Part shown: positions 1 to 12,655 of the stretch, piece after piece | Position numbering within the stretch: position 1 is the first letter of the stretch | Layout: every line of letters begins with the position of its first letter | Assembly: GCA_013265495.1 (NCBI GenBank) | Contig: MU058387.1 | Coordinates: forward strand, 434,001-498,000 | Direction of reading: 5' to 3' | DNA from: Vicugna vicugna | Lineage: Eukaryota | DNA length: 64,000 nt | Notes under the pieces: model-generated | Databases searched by the model: none | The model's input: the letters and a program-made list of their open reading frames with translations, nothing else | Told to the model about the DNA's origin: nothing | Translations under genes and position numbers: made by a program

Positions 1-468
1 AGAATGTTAAGACTTTCAGGTATCACTCCCATAAATAAAAGTAAGTGTAATTTAATGCTCAACTTAAGTAACCAACTTGTCTCAGCTTCCTGTTACAATT
101 ACTCATTTATTTTTAAGTCTCCTAGACTAAATAAATGAGTCCTTATGATAAGCCAGCTCGAGTCTTTCTTTTTTGTCAAGTGGAATTAAATTAAAATACA
201 TAAAAGGAGGATACTGTAAAAGACTCATAGAAGTTTAGAGTTGGAGAAAATGTTAGAAGTCATCTAATATAATCTTCAACTTGATTTACGGGTCCATTCT
301 AAAAACTCTTAAGTTGGTTAAGGGTAAAGGTCCCACCATTTATTTTATTTTGTGTGTCCCCACAGTGCATGAAGTTCACCAATCCACACACAATGGCTCT
401 CAATAAATATTTCTGACAATTGTTGAAACATATTATATATAACCTTGTTGGGCCCAACCTGTCAGTAC

Positions 469-653
469 CTATTGGTGAATATAAATTATTTCCTGTGCTG
501 AGTATCCAACTTTGTAAACCTTAAATACTGCATGTTGGTGCTCAAACTAAGAGTGGAAACTCCTCAGAATTTACTAGATCACGGAGGGCGTAACTCAAGA
601 ACAGTAATGTTACTTTAATGTAGCAGTCTGGGCGTTAATATGACATATTTCTG
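469..653 (-). pseudogene. Degraded TTC6-like pseudo-exon (TPR region)
   Basis: Acceptor aatag|cag at 654-655 and donor |gtactg at 467-468. Fragments MSY(I)N and VI**ILRS resemble TTC6 LAYVN...AIWQFSEA; multiple stops. Confidence 0.4.
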
Positions 654-846
654 CTATTAAATTTTAAGAGGTTTTAGGAGAAAAGGTTTTAGCACTGGGT
701 AGAAGACATTTTACAACATCTGGGTTGGCATTTCAAGAAATAGTCCCCAGAAAGTCCTGCAGTCCACTCGTGAAAAATGGGAGAAAAACGTCTGGTTTTC
801 CTGTGACCTCTATTAAACGAGGAGTTTCATGTAAGACTCAACTTAC

Positions 847-889
847 CTGTTTATGAGTCAACTTTCTAAATCGCAAAATGCAGAGAAGA
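847..889 (-). pseudogene. TTC6-like pseudo-exon with mutated acceptor
   Basis: Perfect donor ag|gtaagt. The polypyrimidine tract ends tttacat instead of tttacag. In phase with the upstream exon it reads IFSAFCDLES*LINR, versus TTC6 WLLAICDFETVISLER. Confidence 0.68.
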
Positions 890-997
890 ATGTAAAAGAA
901 AATGAGGTAAGCGGAATGGGGTTTCAAGAAATAAAAATGAAAATATTGGATTCAAGAAGAGCTTTTCATGACAAATTAACAGAAATAAGATACTTAC

Positions 998-1070
998 TCG
1001 AGTCCACGTACAGTACTCCCTGTCTGGACGCAACACAGCCCACAACAAACAGAATAATCTCCACAAAGCC
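998..1070 (-). pseudogene. TTC6-like pseudo-exon (TPR region)
   Basis: Acceptor tttctgtgttttag| and donor |gtaagt. With frameshifts it reads RAL-GDYSVC...GCVASRQGVLYVDS, versus TTC6 RALQDYSVS...GCFLHRGIVYAHL. Confidence 0.72.
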
Positions 1071-1480
1071 CTAAAACACAGAAACAGCCCCCCCCCAGCC
1101 TTCAAGGGTGGTGAACTGGGATATTCTCACTTAAAGACATGAGAGGTGGTCGGTTATCACACTAATCAGAACTTCAGTACCATGTATAAGACCTTAGCTC
1201 ACTGAGGACTGAATTTTCACTAGAGCAATATTTGCATTGCTAGGGTGCTTAGCCTGAAGTAAATACTAAATAAACTTTTGTGACTGAATTGAGAGAATAT
1301 TCATTTGTTTTTATTATCATTTTTGTTTGTTTCTTTATCTCCCTTTTACTCTGATGGCAATAGCCAGCTACTAGACTAGACCTGCATTCTAAGATTTTTC
1401 TTAGGATCCAATGGAGGATTCTTTTATAGAATTAAATATATCAATAATTTGCGGTGCTTTGCTGTTAAGAAGCAGCACAG

Positions 1481-2220
1481 TCAGATTGGCCATCCTTCAA
1501 AAGTCCACAAACAATATATGCTGGAGAGGGTGTGGAGAAAAGGGAACCCTCCTACACTGTTGATGAGAATGTAGTTTGGTGCAGCCATTATGGAAGACAG
1601 TATGGGGAGTCCTCAAAAAACTAAAATTAGACTTACCATAGGATCCAGCAATCCCACTCCTAGGCATATATCAGGAGAGAACTTTAATTCAAAAACATAC
1701 ATGCATCCCAATGTTCATAGCAGCATTATTTGCAATAGCCAAGACATGGAAACAACCTAAATGTCTATAGTCAGATGACTGGATAAAGAAATTGTGTTAT
1801 ATTTATACAATGGAATATTACTCAGCCATAAAAAAGAATAAAATAATGCCATTTGCACTAACATGAATGGACCTGAAGATTGTCATTCTAAGTAAAATAA
1901 GCCAGAAAGAGAAAGAAAAATACCATATGGTATCACTCATATGTGGAATATAAAACAAAAGAGAAGAGAAGAGAAAAGAAAAAAGAGGACACTAATGAAC
2001 TCATCTACAACAAAAAAAAAACAGACTCATAGACATAGTAAACAATCTTATGGTTACTGGAGAAAGGGGGTGGGAAGGAATAAATTTGGGAGTTTGATAT
2101 TTGCAAATGTTAACCACTATATATAAAAATAGATAAAAACAAATTTCTTCTGTATAGTACAGAGAACCATATTCAATATCTTGTAATAACCTTTAATGAA
2201 AAAGAATATGAAAACAAATA

Positions 2221-2251
<31 letters not shown>

Positions 2252-2321
2252 GACTGGGACATTATGCTGAGCACCAGAAATAGACACATTGCAACTGACT
2301 GTACTTCAATAAAAAAAATGA
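1481..2321 (+). mobile_element. 5'-truncated L1 (ORF2 C-terminus and 3' UTR), young camelid-type, with an internal (TG)n(TA)n
   Basis: Typical L1 3' sequence (gctggagagggtgtggagaaaagggaaccctcctacactgt; ccagcaatcccactcctaggcatata) and A-tail. Imperfect target-site duplication aagaagcagcacag (1467-1480) / aaaaagcagcccag (2322-2335). Confidence 0.92.
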
Positions 2322-2335
2322 AAAAAGCAGCCCAG

Positions 2336-2560
2336 AATAGTGGTTAATTCCATGAGTCCAGAACTAAACAAGCTTTTCTTTATTAATTGAAGGACTATGG
2401 ACATATTTAATCACTCAGAGCTTCAGTTTCCTCACCTGTAGAGAAAATAATACTGAATACTCTCTCACACGGTTGTTCTAAGGATTAAAACATATAATTC
2501 ACATGAGTGTTTCACTGGCCCATTTCTAAGAGCATAACAAGTATTAACTAGTTGTGTTAT
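2336..2560 (+). mobile_element. MIR SINE remnant, interrupted at its head by the L1
   Basis: MIR core cttcagtttcctcacctgta...ggttgttctaaggattaaa. Confidence 0.7.
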
Positions 2561-3469
2561 GATTGTTAACATGAAATAGCCCTTTGAATTGCATCCTCTA
2601 AATATGCTGTATGTATAGATGTGTTTGCCACTGTTTCTGCTGCTGCAAAATAATTTTGGAAAAAATTCATTGACTTTGATCATATGTGGAACTTTAAAAA
2701 GTATAATTTCTCTCTGTGTGTTGTCAGTCCTCAATCTCAAAACAAACTATCAGTTAATCATTTTTCTAATGGGTATATTTCAAGTGATTCCACTGGTATA
2801 ATGTTAGATATTCAAAGAAGGATTTTAAACATCTGAAATGTGTCTCCACAGGTGCCACTTCCACCTTTTACATGAACTCAGTTTCCTCATTTATAAAATG
2901 AGTACGGCGACATTTACTCTACAAACCATGTCAGGTAATTTCGCAGATTGAAGCAGATTATACGTGTGAAGTCAGTCTGAAAATACAAAACGTCTTATGC
3001 ATATAGGTGTCTATTATTAATCAAAATAAACTGGTCAATAGGTGTGACTTTATTAATTTAATGTGCGTTACTATTTCCTTTTATCCAAATTAGACGATTC
3101 ACAAGGACTGCTTTCTTTCTTTTAATTCTCCCAACAACATATATTTTATTGAGCAATTAGTACATGAAATGGACTGTCATGTGCAAATTTTATGCACTAT
3201 GAGGTATTAAATGTATATGAAATTGTGGCAAAAAAGAATTTAGAAAACTATATACTATATAATTATAAAAATGGATGAAATAGACCATGGGGATGTGACA
3301 AGATAGACACCCTACATTATAAATTATGCAGAGAGAAATCTCTTTCATACAAGCACATACCCACATGAAAAGCTCTGGAAGAACAGAGACATTTCAGTAG
3401 CAATTATTTTTAGTCTTGGGATCATAGAGGATTTTACTGCACGTAGAAAGCAAAATTGTAGCCCGACTT

Positions 3470-3762
3470 CGTTTAAACTGTAAACTTTTTTGTTTTAAGG
3501 ATAAGAAGAGTCCACTACGGAAAAAGATGCAGGACTGCTCTGTTTTAAGCAGAGCTGAGAATTGTGGAGCTGATGTCTCCGGTCCACCTTTTGCCTCTGT
3601 TTCAGAGGAAATCTGAGCTCTGGTCTCTGAAGGATGCCATTGGAAATCGCCACATTGAGTTCTCCTAGACAACATAATGGATTCCCTGCACAAGGGTTCT
3701 TTCGAAGAAAACTGAAGATCACTCTTGTTCAGCATTACTTTGACCATTAAGAAACTAGATAA
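3470..3762 (-). pseudogene. TTC6-like pseudo-exon(s), TPR region
   Basis: Acceptor ttattttatag| at 3763-3764. Fragments RTLVQGIHYVV*EN (~ALLKRGLFYCENEN) and ETSAPQFSALLKTEQSCIFFRSGLF (~EATQDFSAAIHLDPNNWLALYYRGCLF). 3' boundary uncertain. Confidence 0.58.
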
Positions 3763-4009
3763 CTATAAAATAAGGTTGTGGTCAAAATTCAGGTACATGA
3801 GAATGACATCTCATATTTGTATGACCTTTTGAAATTAAAAAAAACTTTCACATCCATTGTCATAAGAACTCTGTGAAGAAGATGTATTTTCTTTTTATGG
3901 TTGAAGAAAACATATTTTTAATGGCCATTAGGTGGTAAAAGCCGAGCATAAATCAAAACCTTTATTTCTAAAGCACCAAAGATTCTCAGTAAGGCATACA
4001 GTCAACCTG

Positions 4010-4165
4010 CCACATGGTATTTTAAAATATGTGGTGCTTTTTATATCGTCATATGGGTTAAGGGTGTCATTAGCATCTAGGGTCAGTGGCCAAGGATGCT
4101 AGAAGCCCTGCAATGTACCAAAGAGTCCCATGTAATGAACTTTTTTTTCAACAATATGTCATTAG
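4010..4165 (+). mobile_element. MER20-like hAT DNA transposon remnant
   Basis: tagcatctagggtcagtggccaaggatgctagaagccctgcaatgtac resembles the MER20 core. Confidence 0.6.
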
Positions 4166-4177
4166 CTACCGACCCAC

Positions 4178-4344
4178 TACTACTGAAAAATAGCTTCACT
4201 GTATTGGTATATTCTGTAACTTTTCTCAAAATATCACATCACCAAGTGGTTTTATGGGATTCGTAGAAGAGTTTGCTCTATGCAGAGCTGAAAATATCAC
4301 AGCGTGTTCTTCCTGATACATCTTCTGCTTCTGATATCACTCTA
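4178..4344 (-). pseudogene. TTC6-like pseudo-exon (TPR region)
   Basis: Acceptor ctctctgttgccag|. Frameshifted reading ISEAE-MYQEEHAVIFSALH...GDV-YFEK, versus TTC6 LSKAEIYRGKKDITLAILN...DADIYFRR. Confidence 0.55.
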
Positions 4345-5374
4345 CTGGCAACAGAGAGTAGGAAGGAGATAGGGAAGACAGGAAGGAGGGGAGGGAGAGG
4401 GAGAAAGGATAGAAGCCGACTGATGAGAGGGAGAACAGAGAACAGGGGAGGTGAATAGAAGGAAACAAGCTGAACTTAGTGATACACGAAAGAGAAGAGG
4501 GAAACGGACTCACATTCCCTCCAGTTGGAAGACTGTCCCCGTCCATCCTCCTTAACTCCCCCACCCTTAGTGATACCCTTTGTTAACAGAAAAGTTATTG
4601 GCCTGGAAGTCAGCATGTTGTAGCCCCAACTTCACTGTTAAATATCCAGGTGACTGGCTCCACCTTGCCAGGAATGCCTATAGTCAGAGATGAGATGAAA
4701 GATGGGCTGCAAAGTGTCTAACATCCTTTCTGTACCTAACACTCTTATTTACTTGCTCTCGTGGGAAGTGGCATCTCTCACTCATCCATTATCTTGACTT
4801 TTCCTCCATATACTTCTGAACTTTTCTCACCTAACTATGAAGAAGAGCCCAGCTGCTCAACTCTTTACAATCAACATTGAAAGCAAGGTGATTTGGGGCA
4901 GATGGCATTTACCCCACACTGACTTTAAGTCCTTTCAGCTTCTGCAACTTCTTAGTGAAATATATGGAAAACCCATTCACAGCCTTAGCACACCACCTTG
5001 TAATGAGTCATGCAATATGTTAATATAAATATTTGTATACGTTAACATAAATATTTTTCTGAACCAAGTGAATTCAGACTAAAACATTCCAAAGGGAAGG
5101 CACATCTCAAAAAATTATACATCGACTATTAGTGTTAAACATTTATTTGTCATTCTAGAAAAAGAGAGGCTGTTTTATATTGGTAGATTGGATGGATTCT
5201 TTGCAAATTTGGATTTGTGCATAATAATTACTTGAACTAAATCTGATTTGTTGCCAAAACACCTACTGACTTAGTATATAATGCCCTTGGTCATATTTTA
5301 ATCCAAGACAAAACAACAAAAACAAAACAAAAAATGAAGCTTTGTCTTTTTTTTTTTTTTTCTTTTTCTGGTAC

Positions 5375-5506
5375 CTACTTGCTAAAACGACATGCAAGGA
5401 AATGCATCATTTGTTTTATGGTTTATTGGCAATGCAACCATAAGTATGTCTTTATCTCACCCTCCTGGTCTCACCTTACTTAAACCTGCTGAGTATTTCC
5501 TGCAAT
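5375..5506 (-). pseudogene. Possible TTC6-like pseudo-exon remnant (first TPRs)
   Basis: LSKVRP~LGKLQS and HKTNDAF~DKINEAL at the expected position in the exon order; donor ag|gtacc. Confidence 0.35.
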
Positions 5507-6973
5507 CTGTTTTATTTATTGTGTTCAATTGGCAAATGAGAGGACTAATTAGTTTATGCATTAATTACTTTTCCATCTGTGATCCCTTTTAGAGACCCAA
5601 GAACAGCAATGGCAGGTAATTAAGACTAACTATGGCCCATTCCCTCTCCGCTACTTGGTTTTCTTTCTCATCCACGTGTTTCTTGTTGCCAGATATGTAC
5701 AGGAAAACCATATCTTGAGATTAATTTAATTAAATCCAGATCAATTACTTATTCTGGTTCTCAGTCCTGGTTTACTTTAAGCACATGATTGTTATCTACA
5801 GATACAGATCTAGTTATAGATAGTCATTAACAAATAAAAATCTATTATGTAATATGTAAGCAATATATATATATATATAAACAAGCAACACAGTTATATG
5901 TATATAATTATATCTTATATGTACATATTTTATTGCTGATTTTAATCTTTTTTCTTTGAGAAAAAATACATTTCAGATTAAAGTTAAAGAAGTGATTTTG
6001 ATTTTTGAAAACAGTTGACAGAATAACTGTTCATAATAATCCATAGTTTCTATGATCTAAGTTCAGGATGCTCATTTTTCTCAAAAGCGGTGTGTGTGTG
6101 TATGCAGATGTCGGGGTGCATATGGGTGTGTTTGTGCTTGTAGAGAATTGACTGAGACAAATTATTATTTTTGTTTTATTAATTTCCACACTTAAGAAAA
6201 CCAAGAAAACACTAATATGAATCCATCATAAATATTACAAGAAGAAAATTTAAAATTCTCAGTGAAATTGTTTTCATCCCTCCTCTGGTCACATACCTCA
6301 GAGTAAGAGCTGCTGAACTGTGACACGTGCCTTCTGGAACTTTTGTTTCACCTGGTGAGATGATGGAGAAGGAGAGGGAGAGATACAGGCATACATCTCT
6401 AACTATACACCTATGTTCGTGTTGATGTTAAAACTTGGTTAAATTGCCGGAGACCACTGGGAATAAATCTGTAATCTAACTAAATCGATTTTCTTGACTC
6501 AAGGAATCAAGAGCAGACATCCCAGAGGAACCGGGGATGCTCTTGACAAATGAGAGGAGGGAAATCTCTAGTGTATGGTTTAGGTGCCCACTGAAGGTTT
6601 TGGGGGGGACCTAAAGGAAGCTGGGATTGGTTCTGGACTGTTCGCTGCTTCTGTGGTGGGGTTAGGAGAAGTGGGGTGCATTAGGGACTGGAAGCTGTCG
6701 AGAGGTGGCAAAGGTTAGCTATTGGGTGTCTTCCTAGAGATGGATGTACTAAAGCAGGACTGGGGTATCGCTAGAAGATAGCAGCTGTCACTCAAAGAGG
6801 GGGCTCTGGGACATTCCCTAGTTGCTGCCTGACCTTGGGAGAAACAATGACTCCTGGTATCTCTGCAGCTAACTGAGTCTGATCTGTCCTACCACCCGGA
6901 CTCATTTGTTCTGTTTCATGTAAGCAGATTTTCACCACTCCTTCCCGGATTTTCACTCTTGTGAGATACATGC

Positions 6974-7083
6974 TATATATATATGTGTGTGTGTACATAT
7001 ATAGTATGTGTGTACATACATAGTAGTATGTGTGTGTACATATATAGTATATATATATATACACACACACAGTATACTATATG
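6974..7083. repeat. Compound (TA)/(TG)/(CA) microsatellite
   Basis: Directly visible. Confidence 0.9.
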
Positions 7084-7805
7084 TAGTTTTACTTTACAAA
7101 ATAAGAAATTAGGCCATATTATTTTGTGCAATTTATTTTTTATGTTTAGCAATCTGAATTCACTCCTCTAAGTCAGTATATAAACCTCTATGGCTGTTAT
7201 TTTTAATGGCTATGTAATATTCAGGTATAATTTAACCAGTCTTCCACCTTATATTTCCATCAATTACTTTTAAATCCCTCTGATACAGATACAGGTATAA
7301 TTATTATTATATATCAAATACACACAACAAAACACGTATACATCTATTCTTAAACATTTCAGCAAGTATTAAATTATATATCTCTAGGAATAAATTTCTA
7401 AATAAAAGGATAGGTATATTTAAAATTTTGATTAGGATTACCCTTTGAAAGTGTGGTAGCCATAACACTTCTAGTAACTATGAGAGTGATGCTTTTCCCA
7501 CATGCTTCCCAGTATTGGCTTTTATAAATTCTTTAATTTTTGGCAATATAATAGGTGGAATTAGTATTTTATTATTATAATTTGGATTGTTTGTTACTAA
7601 GAAGTTTAGCATCTTTCCATGTTTACTGTACAACATTTACATATTTTTTTAGTCATTTGCCTTTTATATCCCATTAAAGAAACTTGAATTCCATAGAATT
7701 AGTTTCAGTAGCCTCATTATTACTTGAGCAGTAGAGAAACGTAAACAGTCAACTAAGAGAATGTCAGGTGAAACGTTGAAATGTTGCTTCTTTCTTGTCT
7801 CTCAC

Positions 7806-7950
7806 CGACCAAGATGCCAAAGCAAGTTTACTGTCTGTGACCGATGCTGGGAACAACTGTTCTCGGCTTGATTCCACCACTGACTTTTGGTACAAATTCA
7901 GTTCCTCCACTGCAAAACGAATTTGCAAATTGTCTTTGTCCAACAGAAAA
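7806..7950 (-). pseudogene. TTC6-like pseudo-exon, 145 nt, open frame
   Basis: Acceptor ttttatcttacag| and donor |gtgaga. Reads FLLDKDNLQIRFAVEELNLYQKSVVESSREQLFPASVTDSKLALASWS; its end resembles TTC6 EVIKYYESEV...PAFAYCR just before the TPRs. Confidence 0.62.
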
Positions 7951-8384
7951 CTGTAAGATAAAATAACATTAGATGTATGAATTGTTTTGCTGATGAAATA
8001 TTTTAATTATTTAATTGTAGATTCCATTTAGTGTACAGTTGTAATCTGTTACCATCCTACACATCTAATTGGAAGCTCTAAAGGTCTCAATAGCCATTTT
8101 ATATAAATGTTGTAAGAAATTTCAGAACAAATTATTGGCAATGGGTTCCTTTCAGTTTCTCATGGTTTTAGATTATTTCTTCCTGCTCCCATTGGTTGAT
8201 TCATATCAAAGTATCTAAAACACTCAGATTTATGTAATAGGTACCCTCCAAACAGGTATAAATTAAACAGAATCTTCTTTTCAGAGGTAAAAATCCTTCT
8301 CTTATAAACCTTACAACTGATTAAGAATAATTATTGTTGGAGAGTTTCCAAATCATTAATTCCCCATCTATTTTTCAAATCTCA

Positions 8385-9708
8385 TCATTTATTTCCATTA
8401 CTCTAGGAGCTGTTTTGAAAAAAATATTGCTGCAATTTATGTCAAAGAGTTTTCTGCCTGTGTTCTCTCCTAGGAGTTTTGTGGCTTTAACTCTTACATT
8501 TTGGCCTTTAATCCATTTTGAGTTTATTTTTATATATGTGAGGAAATGCCCTAATCTCAATCTTTTACATGTAGCTGTCCACTTATTGAAGAGATTGTCT
8601 TTTCTCCATTGTATATTATTACCTCCTTTGTCATAGATTAATTAACCATAAATGTGTGGGTTTATTTCTGGACTTTCTATCTGGTTCCATTGATCTATGG
8701 GTCTGTTTTTGTGCCAGTACCATATTGCTTTGATTACTGTAGCTTTGTAGGATAGTCTGAAGTCACAGAGCATGATTCCCCCAGCTCCATTTTTCTTTTT
8801 CAAGATTGCTTTTGCTATTGGGGTGTTTCGAGTTTCCATACAAATTTTAACATCTTTTGTTCTAGTTCTGTGAAAATGTCATTGATAATTTAATAGGGAT
8901 TACTTTGAATCTGTATATTGCATTAGGTAGCATGGCCATTTTAATAATATTGATTCTACTCATCCAAAAGCATGTTATATCTTTCCATCTGTATGTGCTG
9001 TTTTCAGATTTTTTCATCAGTGTCATAGTTCTCAGAGTATAGGTCCTTTGCCTCCTTAGGTAAGTTTATTCCTATATATTTTATTCTTTTTGATGTGAGA
9101 GTAAATAGGATTGTTTCCTTAATTTCTCTTTCTGCTATTTTGTTGTTAGTGTACAGAGATGCAACTGATTTCTGTATATTAATTTTATGTTCTGCAGTTT
9201 TACCAAATTCATTGATGAGCTCTAATATTTTTCTGATTGTGTCTCTAGGATTTTCTATGGGGGTATCATGTTATCTGCAAACAGATATAGTTTCACTTCT
9301 TCTTTTCCAATTTAGATTCCTTTCCTTTTTCTTCTCTGATTGCTGTGGTGAAGGCTTCCAAAACTGCATTAAATAGAAGTGGTGAGAGTGGGCATCCTTG
9401 TCTTGTTCCTGATCTTAGAGGAAATGCTTTCAGCTTTTCACCATTGAGTATGATGTTAGCTGTGGGTTTGTCACATATGACCTTTATTATGTTGAAGTAT
9501 GTTCCCTCTATGCAAAATTTCTGGAGTTTTATTTTTTTTATCATAAATGGATGTTTAATTTTATCAAAAGCTTTTTCTGTATTCATTGAAAAGATCACAT
9601 GGTTTTTATTCATCAGTTTCTTAATGTGCTGTATCATATTGATTGATTTGCAGATATTAAAAAAACCCTTGCATCCCTGGGATGAATCCCACTTGATCAT
9701 GGTTTATT
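8385..9708 (-). mobile_element. L1 ORF2 internal fragment (reverse transcriptase region), degenerate
   Basis: The ORF track gives L1 ORF2 peptides: [78 protein letters not shown]. Confidence 0.95.
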
Positions 9709-9825
9709 AAAGATTTTTATATTTAGACCTATTCTGACAATTTGTAGGAAGCATTTTACCTATGCCATTAATTTTCTGTGTCTTTCTAATAGGATATATG
9801 GACAGGATAGGATCAGTTAAAGGAA

Positions 9826-10560
9826 AACAGTTTGGCAAATCCTTGAAAACTAAACATGCAACTAAGTGTTCTTAGGCATTTGTCCCAGTGAAATAAAACA
9901 TTATGTTCACACCAAAACCTGAATGAAATGTTTATAGTAGCATTATTCATAATGGTCCAAAACAACAGAGACAACCTAGCTGTCTTTCAGTGGATGAATA
10001 TGGAGCAAGAAGTGGTGTGTCCACACCATGAAATACTACCCAGCAATAAAAAGGAAGGGAATATTGATGCATGCAACAACTTGGATTAATCTCAAAGGAA
10101 TTATGTGTTAGCTGGGGGGAAGCCAATTTCAAAGGTTCACATATTATATGAATCTATTTATATAACATCCTTTAAATGACAAATTACAAAAATTAACAGA
10201 TTAATGGTTCCCAGGGCTTAGAGATATGGTGTCAAGGTCAGAAGGGAGGAGGATGTGGCAATTAAAGGTTAATTTGAGGGCTCCTTGGAGTGACAGAGCA
10301 TTTCTGTGTTTTGGTGTTGGTGGTAGATTCATGAACCTGTATGTGTGATATAATTGCATAGAACTAAATACACACACAGTGACTACAGGTAAAACAAACA
10401 AAATCTGAGTAAGATCAGACAATTATATCAAAGCTGACATCCTGACTGTGATATTCTCCTACAGTCTTACAAAATGTCACCATTGCGGGTAAAAGGTACA
10501 TGAGATGTTTTCGTACTCTTTTTTACAACAGCCTGTGGATTGACAACATTCTCAAAGTAA
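9826..10560 (+). mobile_element. Older L1 (L1MB/L1MC-like) 3' region
   Basis: aaacagtttggcaaat...tgtttatagtagcattattcataatgg...catgcaacaacttggattaatctc. Confidence 0.75.
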
Positions 10561-11101
10561 AATTTTGATTACACTTTTTGATAGCAAGAGGGTGACCTCA
10601 AACTTGACAAAGTGATAATCTTGCCAGAGACAAAAATAAAATTGTTTTAAATGGGCACAATCCTTCCTTTCCTCCAGGCCTATAAATGGGTAAGTTGAGG
10701 ATGGTGAGGACATTAACCAATACAAGAACATTAATATTATACTTGTATGATGTTGACAAACCCAAAGAGAGAATGTGTATTTTCGTGCACACGTGAATCT
10801 GGGGGTGTGAGCATCAGGGGGCCAGTTATTCAGGAAGCACAAAGGGAACAGAAAAAAAATGTGTCCTGTGGACGTCTGGTCCTGTCCAGAGGAGTGAATG
10901 CACTCTCCAGCCAACATAAATGCATGCAGGCCAACTGGTAAACATATCTGCTTCGTGGGAAAAGTGCCTTAACTTAGCTTTTGAAAATTACATTTCTGAG
11001 TATAAAAGCAATAAGTACATGTAGAGAATTTGGAAAACAAGAAACAAAAAGAAAGGTGTTTAAACTGACCTTACAAACACTATTTTTACAATGTTTTGTT
11101 A

Positions 11102-11901
11102 TACATTTAACCCCCACTCATCCATTGGAGATTTGTTTCAAGACGCCCAGTGGATTCCTGAAACTGAAGATGGTACCAAACCCTATATGTCTATGCATAC
11201 ACACCTATGATAAAGTTTAATTTATAAATTAGGCACAATCAAAGATTAAAGACAATAACTAATAATACAATAGGACAATTATAATAATGTACTGTAATTA
11301 AAGGTATGTGAATATGGGCTCTCTCTCTCTCTCTCTCTCAAAATATCCTGTACAAACTGAATGCCTTTTCCATCTTAACTAAGCACTTACAGCACACTGT
11401 GGTCACAATTTTTGCGGTTTGAGGTGTGACAGCAAAACCAGCACAAATTTCTTTTTCCTTCTTCACAATTTTACAACTAGAAGAACTGCTCTTACCATAG
11501 ATCTTAGCAACCTCAGCATATGATTATTTTCTTTTCTTACTAGGTCGAGAACTTTCCCTGTTTTAGGTAAAGGAAATACTCTTGCACTTTGGGGCCGTTC
11601 TTAAGTTAAATAAGGGTAAGCTGAAGACAAGAACAGTGATACCTCGACAGGAGATCTGACAACCAAGAGGGCTACTGAGTGACTAACACGCAGGACACGC
11701 TGGACAAAGGGGCGATTCACATCACGGGCTGGACAGAGCAGGAGGGCTGGAGATTTTATCAGGTACTCAGAAAGGCTTGCAATTTAAAATTTAGGAATCA
11801 TTTATTTCTAGAACTTTCCATTTAATATTTTTGGACCACAGTTGACTGTGAGCAATTGAAACTGTGAAAAGTGAAACTGTGAGGGGGGGTGGGTGACTGT
11901 A
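11102..11901 (-). mobile_element. MER44-type (Tigger7-derived) TcMar DNA transposon
   Basis: The reverse complement matches the MER44 start (cagtttcacttttcacagtttcaattgctcacagtcaactgtggtccaaaaatattaaatggaaa...gtgaatcgcccctttgtccagcg); TA at the end. Confidence 0.8.
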
Positions 11902-12109
11902 TCTGCATATTCTTTTGCATGAGTATTTTCCCCTGACATAAAAGTATTTTTTTAATGTTATTTGTAACGTTTGTATAATGACTCCCCTTACAGAAATACC
12001 AGAATTATACAGTTTTACACTCTAGAATTAAGAGAACTAAATTTTTTTTTAATGTTCCCCATTCCATGAGTGTGAGCTGCACATCATGATTTCCTTCTAG
12101 ATTACAACA

Positions 12110-12655
12110 AATAAAAGGGGTTAAATGCATAAGAAGTGGAGGAACCAGACACACACCACCTCAGCCAGGTGATCAAAGGTGACATCCATTGTGATGAGTC
12201 ACGTTACAGTATCTATCTATACTTGATATGATGTGAAGATGACACGTCACCTCTGTGGTCTTCCTCACAAAACCTGCCAGCCTGTTATGATCATTACAAA
12301 AATGTCACCTGAATCCAGTGGAGCTTGATTCACCAAAGTGTCTGACCAGTACTCTTGAAACTATCCCGGTCACCAAAAATGCAGGGCAAGTTTAAGAAAT
12401 TCTCATAGCTAAAAGGTGCCTAAGGCAATAGGACGATTAAATGTAATGGGTGTCATGCATGGGATCCTGGAACGATAAAGGACATTAGGTAAAAATTAAG
12501 GAAATGTGAAAAAAAATGTTGATTTTAGAGTGATGTGTCAATATGGGTTCATTTATTGTGACAAAGTTGCTATATTAATTTAAGATGTGAACAATACCTA
12601 TCATACAATTGTTCTCTGAGTTTAAAACTGCTCTACAATCAAAAGCTTGCTTAAA
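12110..12655 (+). mobile_element. L1MC-like 3' UTR remnant
   Basis: acaccacctcagccaggtgatcaaagg...gggatcctggaacgataaaggacattagg. Confidence 0.65.

Noticed and set aside
3394..3747. 117-aa ORF as an intact single-exon gene
   Set aside because: It lies just inside a splice acceptor and the TTC6-like motifs switch frame within it; it is better explained as a pseudo-exon.
8334..9710. Cluster of long ORFs on both strands
   Set aside because: They are broken L1 ORF2 fragments and their antisense shadows, not host genes.
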